Numbered from the stretch's first letter, positions 1 through 15,641 are shown. The stretch is 64,000 nucleotides of DNA from Octopus vulgaris (GCA_951406725.2 OX597830.1:45198001-45262000); one strand, 5' to 3'. Made by a program: numbers and translations. Notes: generated by a model from the sequence alone, not told the origin.

Positions 1-2
1 AA

Positions 3-377
3 GAAATAATTCCAGAAAATGCTCCACCCCAACCGGAAGTCTCTGACAAGTCTCCCGAATGCGAAAACAATAACCATTTTCCGCGCCAGATCTCAGTCAA
101 AACAGAAAACGAAAAAAACATCGATTTTGAATGTAAACAAAATGACGAAAAATGGCCGTGTGCTGTGTATCAGGCACTATTATCACGGAAGATTGTCGTG
201 GCAGAATGGCAGCGGATAGCATGTGTTATTGATCGATTTCTGTTCTGGATTTATTTCATATCCACCATCGTTGCTTACATTGTTATTCTAGTTATTATAC
301 CTGGTCAGCGACAAGATGCACGCGAAGAAGCTTACCGAGCGCGTGGAAGCTCAGTTTTTAACTCATCATTTACATGA
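3..377 (+). CDS. 3' terminal coding segment of a Cys-loop ligand-gated ion channel (nicotinic acetylcholine receptor-like subunit): M3-M4 intracellular loop, M4 helix and short C-terminal tail; 5' part lies outside the window
   Basis: The frame is open from position 3 to TGA at 375-377: EIIPENAPPQPEVSDKSPEC...VYQALLSRKIVVAEWQRIACVIDRFLFWIYFISTIVAYIVILVIIPGQRQ...SSFT*. EWxxxAxVIDRxxxW followed by about 20 hydrophobic residues is the characteristic nAChR MA/M4 signature. Confidence 0.9.
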   Translation, partial: EIIPENAPPQPEVSDKSPECENNNHFPRQISVKTENEKNIDFECKQNDEKWPCAVYQALLSRKIVVAEWQRIACVIDRFLFWIYFISTIVAYIVILVIIPGQRQDAREEAYRARGSSVFNSSFT

Positions 378-589
378 ATATGAAAAATTTACTATTCAAA
401 GTTCGGCTGATAAATTCCTGAATGCCATAAACGCATGAAATCACTTCCATACATATCTCTCCCAAACATACGATCCCCGTGAATATGAAGCAAATCAGAA
501 TCTCATATTTAGTTAAATATCTTCATAAGCCCAAATATCCATACAGAACATGTGATATGCTCTCAAAGATTATGATATGCCTGAGATCT

Positions 590-632
590 GTATATATATA
601 TATAAATATTTATATATATATATAGACATACT

Positions 633-686
<54 letters not shown>

Positions 687-713
687 CATATATATATATA
701 TATATGTATACAC

Positions 714-744
<31 letters not shown>

Positions 745-824
745 CATATATACATACATATACATATATATATATGTACATACACATATATATATACATA
801 TATATACATACATACATATATATA

Positions 825-858
<34 letters not shown>

Positions 859-1105
859 TACATATATACATATATACATACATATATATATACATATATA
901 CATACATACATATATATATACATATATACATACATATATATATGCATATATACATACATATATATATACATATATACATACATATATATATATATAAATA
1001 TATATATATGCATATATACATATATATATATAAATATATATATATACATATATACACACACACATATATATATACATATATACATACATATATATATATA
1101 TATAA

Positions 1106-1164
<59 letters not shown>

Positions 1165-1767
1165 AATACATACATATATATATATATAAATATATATATA
1201 TACATATATATATGCATACATATATATATATACATACATATATATATATATATATACATACATATATATATACATATATACATACATATATATATATTTA
1301 TACATATATACATATATATATATACATATATATATATATACATATATACATATATATATACGCACATATATACATACACATATATATACATATATACATA
1401 TATATATACATACATATACATATATATATATACATATATACATATATATATACATATATATACATATATATATATATATACACATATATATATACACATA
1501 TATACATACATATATATATACACATATGCATACACAGATATATATATACATACATATATATGTATATATACACACATACATACATGCATATATATATACA
1601 CACACATATATACATATATATATATATACACATATATACATACATATATATACATATATATACATACATACATATATATATATATACATACACATATATA
1701 CATACATATATATATATATACATACACATATATACATACATATATATATACACACATACATATATAT
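590..1767. repeat. Compound (TA)n/(CA)n/(TACA)n microsatellite
   Basis: About 1.2 kb of nearly pure alternating purine-pyrimidine sequence; source of the spurious Y/I/H/T ORFs. Confidence 0.97.
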
Positions 1768-2048
1768 CAGTAGTGATTATAGTTTTATTTTAAAGCTGAA
1801 AGGTCTTACATTACAACTACTAGCTTCATGTTACCGTTCATTAGTTAACTGAATCTAATACTTGTAACTATACCCACACCCCCCACACACACACACACAG
1901 CCACACGCTCACATGGGATTGGGACGCTAATTGAATTTCACGCTCTGCGATGTACTGGATTCCCTTTGCATGATGCAGAACTAACGATCAAATTTTCAGT
2001 TTAGATACATAAATCTACACGAAGTAATGAGTTTGATCCTCTTCACTC

Positions 2049-2083
<35 letters not shown>

Positions 2084-2089
2084 TTTATT

Positions 2090-2181
<92 letters not shown>

Positions 2182-3978
2182 TTGATTGAGTTGAATGAAT
2201 TCACATTGAAATTCACAACTCATTTACTAATATATTGTACACGAAATTCAATTTAAAACAGAGAGAGATTTCCAGATAAAATTAAGGCGTCATAAAGGAC
2301 ATGGGTGAGTGTATTAGTCTTAATTTTCTCTTTTTTCTAGCTGTGAGTTGTGAACGGCGTTACAACCTCTGTTCTAATTAAGGATATAAACAAATACACA
2401 TGTAAATTTGGAAAGATAGGCGTAAGTAATGATAATGTCAGCAAACAACTAGACAGGTGAACGGAAAATAAACATACATCAAATATGTGTAAAAATACAC
2501 ATCAAATAAACCATATCACCTATCATAGCAATATTATTACACCAAGTGATAATGTTAACCACACATGTGATAATAATAGTTTACAACATAGAATGTAATA
2601 TGCAATACAGATATTTTATATCGTTGAGTAACAAAATATATGCCCATATAATTTTGTAAATACACACATACATAAATATTCTGTAAAAATCTATCCTTAC
2701 CTAAGTATATTAAGGCTAAATTAACTACACACACACATAAATACAGCGTATATACATTGCAGATATGCATATTCTCTTAAGGATGTATAATGTCGGTATA
2801 TGCATATATTGTGTGAGTGTATATATGTATATATTTATGCATGTAGTGTTGAGGCTCATGTTTCGCAAGCAACTTTCGTCGTTGTGAACTTAGAAAATGT
2901 CTCTAAATGACTGCCTGCTATTCCTGATTATTTCACACAACAAAAGTAATTTGTTTCATGACATCTTCCAGTCATTATCATTATCGACATCGACACCGTC
3001 GACATCGTCGCCGTCGTCGTCATCATCACCACCATCATCATCACCATCATCATCACTATCATCATCATTTCTGTTTCGTGGCTGTTTAAATCTATAACTC
3101 CGCGTTGACATTTACAAACAACCATTAAAAGCAGTCATTGGCAGACTGATATAGTAATGATGTCTTCCTTTGCACCAGGATTTTTAAAATCTGTGATGTG
3201 CGTCTTGGTGATAATTTCTCTCTCTCTCCCTCTCTCCTACTTTCTCTTCCACCTTCTCACTCCCTTCCTCCCCCTTTCTCTCTTATCTCACCCTTCTCCA
3301 GCACACACAGAGATTCTGTCACTGTTTCTCTTTCTCTCTATCTTTCTTTCTTTCTTACACACACACACACACAATTAATACAAAGAAAAACTCTCTGCGG
3401 TAACGAAATATGTTCTGCATTGTTTTTCTTTCGAAGTTGATAGACTTAAAACAGTATTATTTTGGAGATGTGATTAGACTCAAACCATACAAGAGAAAAA
3501 CCATCATCATCATCATCAATATCCTCGTCGTCGTCATCATCTAACATATACGCTCAAGTATACATAGAAACACACAGACACACGTTTTGTTTCCACCCAT
3601 ATCACTGGGTCAGAGTTCAACTGCCGCACTTTTAAAGTGATTTACTTTCTTCCTTCCTAATTTCTGTTCACAAATTTCAAAGGTTAGGTATTGTTATTTC
3701 TTCAGGTTTATATTGATTTATTTGCCGATTTTCGCCTTTCACTCGTTGCCCATTTTATCGCTGCAATAATCCTGCTGTGGTAAACCGGGTCCTGGTTTAT
3801 AGATATTTTTTATAGATATCCTTCAACTTCCAACTTTTTCCCCAAAACTATTCCTTTAAGCCGCCTGATTCTGTGTAATAACACTGTACGTTTTTCACAT
3901 AAATCATTGCTGCTATCTCCTATCTATGACTAGAGTCGTCGCTGTAATATCTATCTATCTATCTATCCAAACACACAC

Positions 3979-4022
<44 letters not shown>

Positions 4023-5490
4023 GCATATGCATAAATATGTGTGTGCGTATGTATGTATGCATGTATGTATACACGCGTGTATGTATGTATGTATGTATGC
4101 ATGCATGTAGGTGTATGTATGCTCCTGCATAAAAGCTTAATCGAGATGGTCTGTGGCAGATATTTTCCTTCCTCGTTATATTTGATGCCCACTCTTAGCA
4201 TTGCATCTGCCTGTCTTTTCCCATGATTTCATTTTTGTTTGGTAATTTTTGTAATAGCCAGCAATCGATTAATATTACAGCCGTTTATGACATTTAGTCA
4301 TTAAACATTTATAGTAACATGTCTTAGTTTTTCAGTAACTATCTGCACATTCATTCTAGAATGTTCAAACACTTGTTGATGGCATTCTCTGCATGATTTA
4401 GTTTAATTAATACTAAAACTTCACTTTCTCCAACTCTGATTGCTTCTTGTTCTCTGCATTTACACAATGTCTTACCTTTTTATCAATACTGAATATCACA
4501 CATGCACATGTCTAGGGCAGATCAAATGTTTGCCGCACATACTCTTGCTACGTTTTAATTGTGATCTCAGCTAACCTTTCCCAGTCTACAATTCTCAATG
4601 AAACTATATTTATACGATACATATTTTATCTATTGTTTTGGGGATGAGGTGTGAAAAGCAGAGGCAAATTCAGATAAGTTGAGACTAGGTTACTTACTTA
4701 AGATGAGGCTTATCAAAGTTACAACTCGACGGTTTACTAAGATGCATTTTTTTAGTATAGCTGTAATAGTTTTTGATGCACTTAAATAATGAATGCAGTG
4801 AGTAGACAATCACCAGTGTAGTGGGAACTGGTTGAGCTCTAAAATAAAAATTACTGTTTAGTAATTACAGTTTAGAACGAAATTACCATACAAGTAATAT
4901 TCGTATTATTAATTGCGTCTTCAGATTATATTTTCCCCTGGAAGATGTGTGGAACTCGAATTCAATCGAAGCATTATCTGATGCCAAATGCAAAATCCTT
5001 TCTTGAACTAAAACTCTCCAGTTCATGAGATCATTTCCCAATGATCTCGTGTGCTGGAGACAATTTCGGTTCAGTCTGTTAGAATTTTCCAATCTACATT
5101 CAACATTGCTCAAACAGTTTATGAATGTCTGCATCTTAGGTTCAAAATGTTCAGCAATAGAACGATTGTTAATGTAGTTAAGTAAATTAATATTCTGACA
5201 CCACTAACATAGGAGAGATGAATGTTATTGTACAAAAGTATGGTGGAGTACAAAAATCATCCAATGAAGGACGGCATTTCAGCTCGGTATTGAAGTGTTG
5301 CTTCTACAGTGACAAACATTATAAAGAAGGCTCATATCCGAGATTTGGTAGTATAATTGTCATAATATATTAAAAAGATAGTTTTTCTTTAAATTTTTAT
5401 TTATTTCGAGGGTAGGCATTTACTACTATGACTAGTGAAAGTAGAATTGGCAGAGGTTTGCCTGATAAACAACTAAAACAACGTCATATA

Positions 5491-6058
5491 CACAGACATG
5501 CAGGGAGTAAGTAGACACCTTTAATTTTCAAAATCTTTTATTTGATATTAATTGGTTGAAGGAGAGGTTTTCTTCTAGCTTTTCGTCCACAATACCCAAG
5601 CTTATGCAGCTATGTAACACACGTTCTTGGACTAACTTCTAGCTGTTTTGCAATGTCAGAAGCCTTCGAACGGGGTTCGTTTTCCACAATTCTCTTCAAA
5701 CAGTGAAGCTTCCTTTCCGAGGGCTCAGGTCGGCTTGGGCGAGAATCTGTTGATTCTTTTCCTTGGATTTTGAATTGCACTATAATTGTATTAACAGTAG
5801 CAAGAGGGATTTGAAGATTTTTCGGTAATTTTTCGCTGGCTAAGACCAGCTTCAGATTGCCCAACAATTCGACCTCTTTGAAAATCTGACAGTTCTGCCG
5901 AATTTCTTGTATGTGGTTTGGTTACTCTTCGCAAATGTTTAATATAATGGCACTTGGAATGAAAAAGAATAATTACATTGTAAATTCTAACATATTAAGA
6001 CGCTTAGATCAAACATTTTGAAAATTAAATGTGTCTATTTACTTCCTGCATGTCTGTG
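5491..6058 (-). mobile_element. Internally deleted Tc1-like DNA transposon
   Basis: Terminal inverted repeats cacagacatgcagggagtaagtagacac / gtgtctatttacttcctgcatgtctgtg, with TA on both sides (5489-90, 6059-60). The minus strand encodes a paired-HTH transposase N-terminus (LQIPLATVNTII...SRPSRP...LKRIVENEPRSKASDIAKQLEVS...LHKLGYCGRKARRKP). No DDE domain. Confidence 0.85.
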
Positions 6059-6082
6059 TACACATGTACGCACATGTATGTG

Positions 6083-6170
<88 letters not shown>

Positions 6171-7579
6171 CTCTAGATAAAAGAAGCTAAACTCCACCTG
6201 AAAATTGCTTAGCCTCCAATCTTAGGTGCCACCTATCCCCGATAGAAACCAATTTTTCTGCTTTTTCTGAATCTTGTTTTCATTAAATTGGAATACTCTT
6301 GTACTATTAACTTGCATTATATTTTCATCATCTTTGTATGAATGCTTCTTGGAAACATTATTTATTCTTATACTACTTAAATTCGTGCTGGCATTCGTTT
6401 TCCTATAGTTTTCCTCTTTACAGAAGAAAAAAGGGAAAATAAACATTTACATACATATACACGAAAATATTACTCTCTCTTCTAAATTTTATTTTTTAAC
6501 TTATATATACACAATATATAATTCTGGTGGAAGAATTCACAAAATACCATCGGACAAAATACCTTGCGGTGTTTAGTTCCGATTTGTTTATGTTCTGTGT
6601 TCAAATTTCGCCGAGGTCAAGTCTGCCTTTTATCTTTCTGGTGTCATCGATGAAATAAAGTACCTGACAAGAATTGAACACGATTCAATATTCCTATAGT
6701 TCTATAAAACACCCTGGATGTGAATGGGATTATAGTTGAAGACTAAAGCAAAGATCTACCTTCGTTAGTCAAGTCAAAAGCGCATATTTACCAGAAATGT
6801 TTAAATTCTTACTAACTTTTATTAAACTCCCCCGTTTAGGAAATTAGGAAATTAATGGAAGGGACTGACTACCGTTTATATTTCTCCAATAACTCCATCG
6901 GATGGTCGAAATTCTATCTTCATTGTTTCTGCGGCACTTTCGTAGTTGATATTTCAATTACCATGGTTTTATCCCAATTGTTTGAGGTGAGTGCCATTAA
7001 TTTCATCATGACTAAGATGAGGAGGATGGTGATGCTGATGATTATCACCATCATCAACACCATCTTCTTTCTATTTCATCTGCACCTTCTCTTTCTATTT
7101 TCCTTCCTCGTTTTCATCATTATCATGATACCTACTGTTCCTATTTTATTGTTTTCACATATTCAAAAATAAATTAAGTAAAATTTCAGATATATATATA
7201 AAAAAAATAGATGAAGTTTCTAATTCTGACATTTTAAAACCTAGTTTATTCTAAAATACATCGTAATAAATGCTAATTTCTTGCCATGTGACAGCAATTA
7301 CAGTAAACGAACACCACCAGACGGGATTATAGAAAAACATTTGTGTGAACTCGAATAATAAGTAATTCAATGTTACCAAAAGGAGAGTTCCTTGGCTCGA
7401 ATTAGTAAAAGAAAGAAAATAAATCTCAGATATCCAGAGAGCAAGCAATAACGAGCTGAAATTGAAATAATATATATATATAAACTTTAAATATTTTCAG
7501 TCTGATATCGTCAAATACATTTTATTGAAATATATTTTGATAACTAACACACAATATGAAATAGTTTACAAAGTAGGCC

Positions 7580-7633
<54 letters not shown>

Positions 7634-7649
7634 TAATAATAATAATAAT

Positions 7650-8075
7650 CTTATAGAATTTTATGAGTCAGTGTGACCATGAGATAGAGAATAAGAAACC
7701 AGATATAGTGTTAATTGAGAAATAAAGCAAACGATGCTGTATCATAGATATAGCATGCCCGGCTGACAACAAGGTATGCGATAAGGAAGGAAGAAAAATC
7801 GATAGATATAACAGGTTAGCTTGGGAGGTTAAGCAGTTGTGGTTGCTGAAAAAGGTGGCAGTATTACAATTGTTGGAGCCCTGGGAGTACATGGAACAAA
7901 TAGGAGCTGCAATAAGGGCAGAGCACTTGCAGAAAACAGCACCGTTTGGAACCGCTCGAATACTCCGGATGGTGCTCGAAAAATAAGGGGTGTTACCTTA
8001 GTTCATTGGTAGTGAACAGCCAACACCGTAGTAAATCTCCATCGTTAGAAACTGTGCAAAGACAATATAATAAAG

Positions 8076-8076
<1 letters not shown>
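7650..8076 (+). mobile_element. 3' end of an R4/Dong-clade non-LTR retrotransposon (restriction-like endonuclease) inserted in (TAA)n
   Basis: Degenerate reading CDHEIENKKPDIVLIEK*SKRCCIIDIACPADNKVCDKEGRKIDRYNRLAWEVKQLW...GALG...HLQKTAPFGTARILR (PD..D..K RLE motif). Flanked by (TAA)n at 7582-7648 and 8077-8128, the known Dong target type. Confidence 0.85.
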
Positions 8077-8128
<52 letters not shown>

Positions 8129-9195
8129 TCTTACGTTGATATGTAAAAAAGCAAATGAAAATAATAAAGCCGTTATGTATTCTGTGATGAAATGTTGCTA
8201 TGTCAAATAGCTTTGTATATAGACGAAACTTAACGCAAAATACAATTTAAAGTTATATTCTAAAAGCAATGTTAACGTAAGTTTTGCGGTTCATACAAGC
8301 CGAAAACTGTATTTTATCTGAATAGGTATTTATAAATATTCTATCAATTGATATAGTACTTACCAATAAATGCTGAAGTGATCAATTATTATTTGGTTGA
8401 AGACTTGTATGTATTTATTAATCAAAGGGGAAATATAACTTCTCTTTATACTCTAATTACGGAAGTTTTAAGTAACAAACATTAATGAAAAATGAGATTA
8501 ACTTTAATTAAATGCTTCTGAAATACCTAAACATAGACAATACTAAGAGAACCAAACATTTATACAGATTACTTGAAAGCTTGTACTGAAATATTCCTGG
8601 ATGATTTCATGAGATAATTCTTGTATTCCATTCATTATTAAAGCTAAATTATTTTATAAAAGCCGTCCCAAACGTTAAAACAAACATGGAATATCAAATG
8701 TTTAAACATATCAAAACCAAAACTATTTACTGTTAAATTTGATCATTTCAAAGGATTAAACATTCAAAAGTAATATAAAGAGGTACAAAGATAAGATATT
8801 TAGATTGACCGAAAATCCCTTCTGATTACATTTCTGGGTTCATTTCCTGCTAAAATCACGTTCATCAATAAAATTATCAATTAAATAATTTCTTGTAGAT
8901 TGCATGATCGATGATATTGATTATGACTTCCTTATAAAGATATCATGTCATTTTAAAATTAAATTACTTCTATAATAAAAAAAAAGTAGAGCATTGTAAA
9001 GATAATTCGCCGAATCAATAGTCTGGAGAGTTCAGGCCATTATAAAATTTTTAAAAATGTAAACCAATAAAAACTGAAGTAGAACATATTTATAGAAATT
9101 CTTTTTCTCTAAGCTGCATAGATATAGATAAATATCCCATATTGCATAGTATTATATGCCTCTAGATGTTTCTAGTTTGAAATCTTCTCTTAGGA

Positions 9196-9497
9196 CAGTG
9201 GTTCCCAAATGATGCGCGGCGGAACACAAAAGTGCAAACGAGATGCAGAAAGGCACGCCATAAAAATAATAAAATTATATTCAAAATGTGCAAAATACAA
9301 GCTAATATTCTTATAAAGCCTTGATAATTATGCTTTATTTACTGAATTGAGAAATGAGAACTCAATAATGATCAGTAATTTAAATTAGACTAAAAGTATT
9401 TCAATAGCTTTTGATACATTTTTTGAATTTGTGCGTAAAGTGCATATTTTATTTGCTCTGAAGTGCGCCGCAACTAATCACTGTTTGAGAATCACTT
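9196..9497. mobile_element. hAT/Charlie-like MITE
   Basis: Ends cagtggttcccaaa ... tttgagaatcact, with sub-terminal gcggcggaacac / gtgcgccgc. Imperfect 8-bp target duplication tcttagga / tctaagaa. Confidence 0.6.
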
Positions 9498-10083
9498 TCT
9501 AAGAAGGCGTAGTTACATTTGGATACCACAATATATTTTTGATTCCATAATTTTAACGCATGCATGTAAGAGATATTCATTTACTTGTAAATATCAGCAG
9601 ATTTGTCATTCAAAAACAATAGTATAACTAGCTACCTTCCAGATATCCAGCATAACGACATACAAAGACTACGTATATCAAGTTATGACATTTTTCTTCT
9701 TGAACATTCGTAGCCTGATAAAATTACTCAGAAATATATGTGTATGTTCACTAACAAATATTGATTCAATTAAATGTACTGAATCAAAAAGATATCATCT
9801 ATATAAACATCTCTTCCTTCCCTTTTTGCTCGCTCTTTCTCTCTCCCCCTCGCTGTATAATATATATATATATATAATACACAGACACACGCACGCACAC
9901 ACACACATGTATATGTGTACATATACGCATACTAATATTTGCATATATATATATACCTCTGCACACACATTCACATATATGTAAATACATATGTTTGTGT
10001 ATGTATATATATATATATCCACATATATTTAAACATATGAATATATATATATGCGCATACATCTCTCTCTCTCTCTCTCTCTC

Positions 10084-10137
<54 letters not shown>

Positions 10138-10643
10138 TATATCTATATCGATTTATATATATATATGTGTGTGTGTGTATATACACACACATGTAAAAAC
10201 GCATCCTGCTTTGAAACAAGTCAAAGTATGAAAAGATATGTATGAAAATTTTATATTGAATATAAAATTCAAGAAAGCCAAAGTAACGAACGCTGAAAGG
10301 AACAATCGTATAGTGGATGTATTTGATGTCAGGATGATCTTTTTGAAAGAATCGACATCAAATCTGAAGACATAATTTCGTAAAGAGACGACAATCAAAG
10401 ATGTCCAGTCAAAGTTTCGTGTCTGCCTTATGATAGAGTTGATTGTACAAGGCAAACTTACCAAAAATTTACCAAAACCTTTTTCGTCACGAACAAAAAA
10501 AAACAAAACAGTCTGTTGCAAAGAAAGTTTGCGCATACGCAAGTATAAATGCATACATACATACATATATATCCATGTAGATTTATGCATATATATGTAT
10601 GTATTTATATATGTGTATACGTGTATATATTTCGATATATATG

Positions 10644-10739
<96 letters not shown>

Positions 10740-11099
10740 TGTATACATTCATGTATACATATACACACACACATATGTATATACATACATATATACATAG
10801 TCATACTTACTTACATACATACATACATATATTCTTATAAAATTAACTTTCCACTGAAACAAGAACCTATACTTACAACTGAAATAGTATCTTCTCATAT
10901 AGAAATATATTTACAAGCACGTTCAAAATAATTTGGGTCTGAACGATGCGCTCCCTTTTTATCTTTTTAATCGTTTTCGTTTTTTCAATTCTATTTCTGT
11001 ATTTTTGTTTTATCTTCTGTATATTGTTATTTTCACGGTTCTATTAAAATATTATAAAAACAAAGCGAATTCAGAATTTGAAATCGAGTCTTTCTTTAC

Positions 11100-11509
11100 T
11101 CTCTTTACTCTTTTACTTGTTTCAGTCATTTGACTGTGGCCATGCTGGAGCAACACCTTTAGTCGAGCAAATCGACCCCGGGACTTATTCTTTGTAAGCC
11201 CAGTACTTATTCTATCGATCTCTTTTGCCGAACCGCGAAGTGACAGGGACGTAAACACATCAGCATCGGTTGTCAAGCAATGCTAGGGGGACAAACACAG
11301 ACACGCAAACATATACACACACACTTATATATATATACATATATACGACAGGCTTCTTTCAGTTTCCGTCTACCAAATCCACTCACAAGGCATTGGTCGG
11401 CCCGGGGCTATAGCAGAAGACACTTGTCCAAGATGCCACGCGGTGGGACTGAACCCGGAACCATGTGGTTGGTTAGCAATCTACTTACCACACAGCCTCT
11501 TCTGCGCCT
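11100..11509 (-). mobile_element. tRNA-derived SINE (family A)
   Basis: Reverse complement of ggcgcagaagaggctgtgtggtaag...ggttcagtccc (A/B-box-like head) through ccagcatggccacagtcaaatgactgaaac and a (GTAAAAGA)n tail. Homologous to copies at 21420 and 39812. Confidence 0.85.
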
Positions 11510-12138
11510 ATGGCACTCTTTTGAAATGTTTATGGCACTCTTTATGGCACTCTTTTGAAATGTTGTTTTAGTCTACTAAGAATTTTCTTCCCACATTTCG
11601 AAATGATAAAATATTCGGGATATGTTTCGGGATTTAAATTTATTTAGATGTATTTCTGAGAAGGATGATCAGTATTCTTGCAGTAAAATATTATGCTTAG
11701 AATGCCTAAGTAAGGAACATATTTTTTTAACTTATCATCTGTTCAAAATCTAGCTTCCAGGAACGTAACGCCTCTTTAATTTCTCTTTATTGAGACAGAA
11801 ACAAAACATTACGATGTTCAAAGAGTGATTTCCATATGTATTTGTCACCCGAAACGAAAAGTGATTTGATATTATCTACCATCAAAACACAAAAGTCTAC
11901 TCCTGTTTAATTGTATAATGAGAGATAAGAAAAGAAGTTGGTAGCAAATGATTTACTACCGTGATATAGAATATCTAGAAAACGTCCACAAGAGGACTCA
12001 GGAGTAAGGATATGCTTGGAATCAGGTATTGACTGTTGTCGTTAAAGATTTAGCTTAAAAAAGATATTTCAACCACATTCATATTTCTGTAAAGATTGAT
12101 CCACCTGATACTTATATACTATATGTATTATATATACT

Positions 12139-12185
<47 letters not shown>

Positions 12186-12223
12186 ACATATCTATATATA
12201 TGTATAGATATATATATACACGT

Positions 12224-12650
<427 letters not shown>

Positions 12651-12656
12651 ATTTCT

Positions 12657-13660
12657 CATATGGTGATATGTGTCTCTGCTGTAGCTTCAGACCAACAAAG
12701 CCTTCTCAGTGGATTTTGTACATATATATACATACATATATATATATGCATGTTCTATATTTTATAAATTACCCATATTTATTCCCATGTTCATTCCATC
12801 TTGCCTACATAGGGCATCCATTCTTTTAATACAGCATGAAGTTTTGTAACAGCACATAAATCGAAGAGACGCTATTCATGCGAACGTTTTACACCGCCTT
12901 CCACGACTATCAAATTCTTACAATTATGAGAACAATAACATGGCTCTTTTCATAACTCGCATTCAATTCTTACACCATTCTACGAGGGGTAGGGACCCTT
13001 TACACGGCTTTCTATACACTTACAAATACATTCATTCGCCGTAAACGTATATCAATATTTGCCTGAATAATCATCATAATTCAGTGCAATTAACAGTATT
13101 CCAATTAGCGGCATCGCCGGGCAATTCTGCAGAATTGCCCGGCGATGCTCGGGCTGAATTGCTTGAAAGTACTGTTAATGATTGCACTGAATTATGATGA
13201 TTATTCAGGCAAATATTGATATACGTTTACGGCGAATGAATGTATTTGTAAGTGTATAGAAAGCCGTGTAAAGGGGTTCCTACCCCCTCGTAGAATGGTG
13301 TAAGAATTGAATGCGAGGTTACCTTGAAAAGAGCCATGTTATTGTTCTCATAATTGTAAGAATTTGATAGTCGTGGAAGGCGGTGTAAAACGTTCGCAGG
13401 TGAATAGCGTCTCTTCGATTTCCACGAACGACAGCGGATGTGCTGTTACAAAACTTCATGCTGTATTAAAAGAGAATGGATGCCCTATGTAGGCAAGATG
13501 GGAATGAAGCATGGGTAAGTAAATATGGGTAATTTATAAAATATAGAACATGCATGTATATATATATGTATGTATGCCTGTATATATGTACAAAATCCAC
13601 TGAGAAGGCTTTTGTTGGTCTGAAGCTACAGCAGAAGACACATGCCAAGTCACCACATAG
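12657..13660. repeat. About 1 kb spacer-less palindrome (fold-back inverted duplication)
   Basis: Centre between 13129 and 13130 (perfect 38-bp gcatcgccgggcaattctg|cagaattgcccggcgatgc). The arms stay reverse-complementary for about 470-530 bp, with several small deletions in the left arm. Confidence 0.95.
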
Positions 13661-13754
13661 TAAGACTGAACGTAGTTTGTTACCACACAGCCACACCTGC
13701 CCCTATGTATGTGTGTGTGTGTGTGCGTATGTATGTATAGGTAGATATATTATG

Positions 13755-14280
13755 CATGTATATATGTGTACATATTACATGTACATCTATATATATACAT
13801 CTACACATAAAATACAAAATACAAAGTTATATCTTGATATCGCTAGTGATAACAATACTCAAAGTATATAACAGACTGGAATTGTAGGCCCGTCTCTTTT
13901 GCAATTTCGATCAATTGGATCTTGTCCTCCCTCTTGTATAGAAGTGTACGGCTGCAGTGAAATTCCTTTTTGGACTTTCTTCTATCGAAAGCATTTTAAC
14001 AAAAATGCTTCCGTAAAGACGGTGAAAATATTGTCAATTTCCCCAAACAAGGACACAATTCAATTTTTAAACAATAACCAAAGCTCCTTCTCCGAAAGTC
14101 GGAGGGTTACGGTTTACAATTATTTAACAAATGCAAGACAACAACGTTTCCCTGACGAGGAACCAACAAACGTGATTACAATAGTCAAACAGTAATAATA
14201 ATAACAACAAACCTTTTTAATTTATCCACATTTATGTGAAACTACTTATTCAAGTTCAAGTGATTCGTGCAACTTTATAC
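13755..14280 (-). repeat. Internally deleted copy of the element at 55060-56191
   Basis: Collinear with 55060-56191 except that 55259-55655 and about 200 bp near 55920-56130 are absent. Confidence 0.85.
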
Positions 14281-14289
14281 GAACTGCTA

Positions 14290-14340
<51 letters not shown>

Positions 14341-15419
14341 GAAAAAAGGGTGAAAAATTGAATATTAATTTGATTAATATGAATTGAAAACCAGTGGTGT
14401 AGCATATAAGACCATAACGGATCTTCTTCTAGCAACATGGATATATACGTACGTACGTACGTATGTTTGTATATATACGTACGAACGTACGTATGTATGT
14501 ATGTGTATGTATGTATGTATGTATGTATGTATATATACGTACGTACGTACGTATGTATATATGTATAATACGTACGTACGTATGTATGTATGAATATATA
14601 CGTACGTATGTACGTATGTATGTATGTATATATGTATGTATGTATTTATGTATGCATGCGTACGAACGTACGTATATATAAATAAATAATACGTACGTAC
14701 GTAGGTATGTATGTATATATACGTACGTACGTACGTATGTATGTGTGTATGTATATATGTATGTATGAATGCATATATACGTACGTACGTACGTACGTAC
14801 GTACGAATGTATGATAGTATATATACGTACGTACGTATGTATGCGTGTATGTATATGTATGTACGTACATACGTACGTACGTCCATATATATGAACGTAT
14901 ACATGTATGAATGTATGTATGTATATATATATATACGTATCTATGTAAGTATGTATGTATATTCGCGTATGTCTGTCTGTCTGTATATATATATGTATAC
15001 GTATGTATTTATGTATGTATGTATATACGTATATATGTATGTATGCATGCATGTATATACGTATGTATGTATTTATATACGTATGTATGTATATATGTAC
15101 GTATGTATGTATATATGTATATATATACGTATGTATGTATGTATATACGTATGTATATACGTATGTATGTATGTATATAAGTATGTATGTATGTATGTAT
15201 GTATGTATATACGTATGTATGTATATACGTATGTATGTATATACATACGTTTGTATGTTTGTATGTATGTATATACGTATGTATGTATGTATACATGTAT
15301 ATACGTATGTATGTATGTATGTATGTATGTATGTATGTATGTATGTATGTATGCACGTATACACGTATGTATGTATGTATGTATGTAGGTATACATACGT
15401 ACGTATGTATTTTAGTATG

Positions 15420-15456
<37 letters not shown>

Positions 15457-15607
15457 GTGTATATATATATACCTATATATATAAATATATACCTATATAT
15501 ATATATATATACACCTGTATATATGTATATACATATGCATGTATGTATGTATAAATATATACGTATGTATGTATATATATATACGTATGTATATATATAT
15601 ATGTATG

Positions 15608-15641
<34 letters not shown>

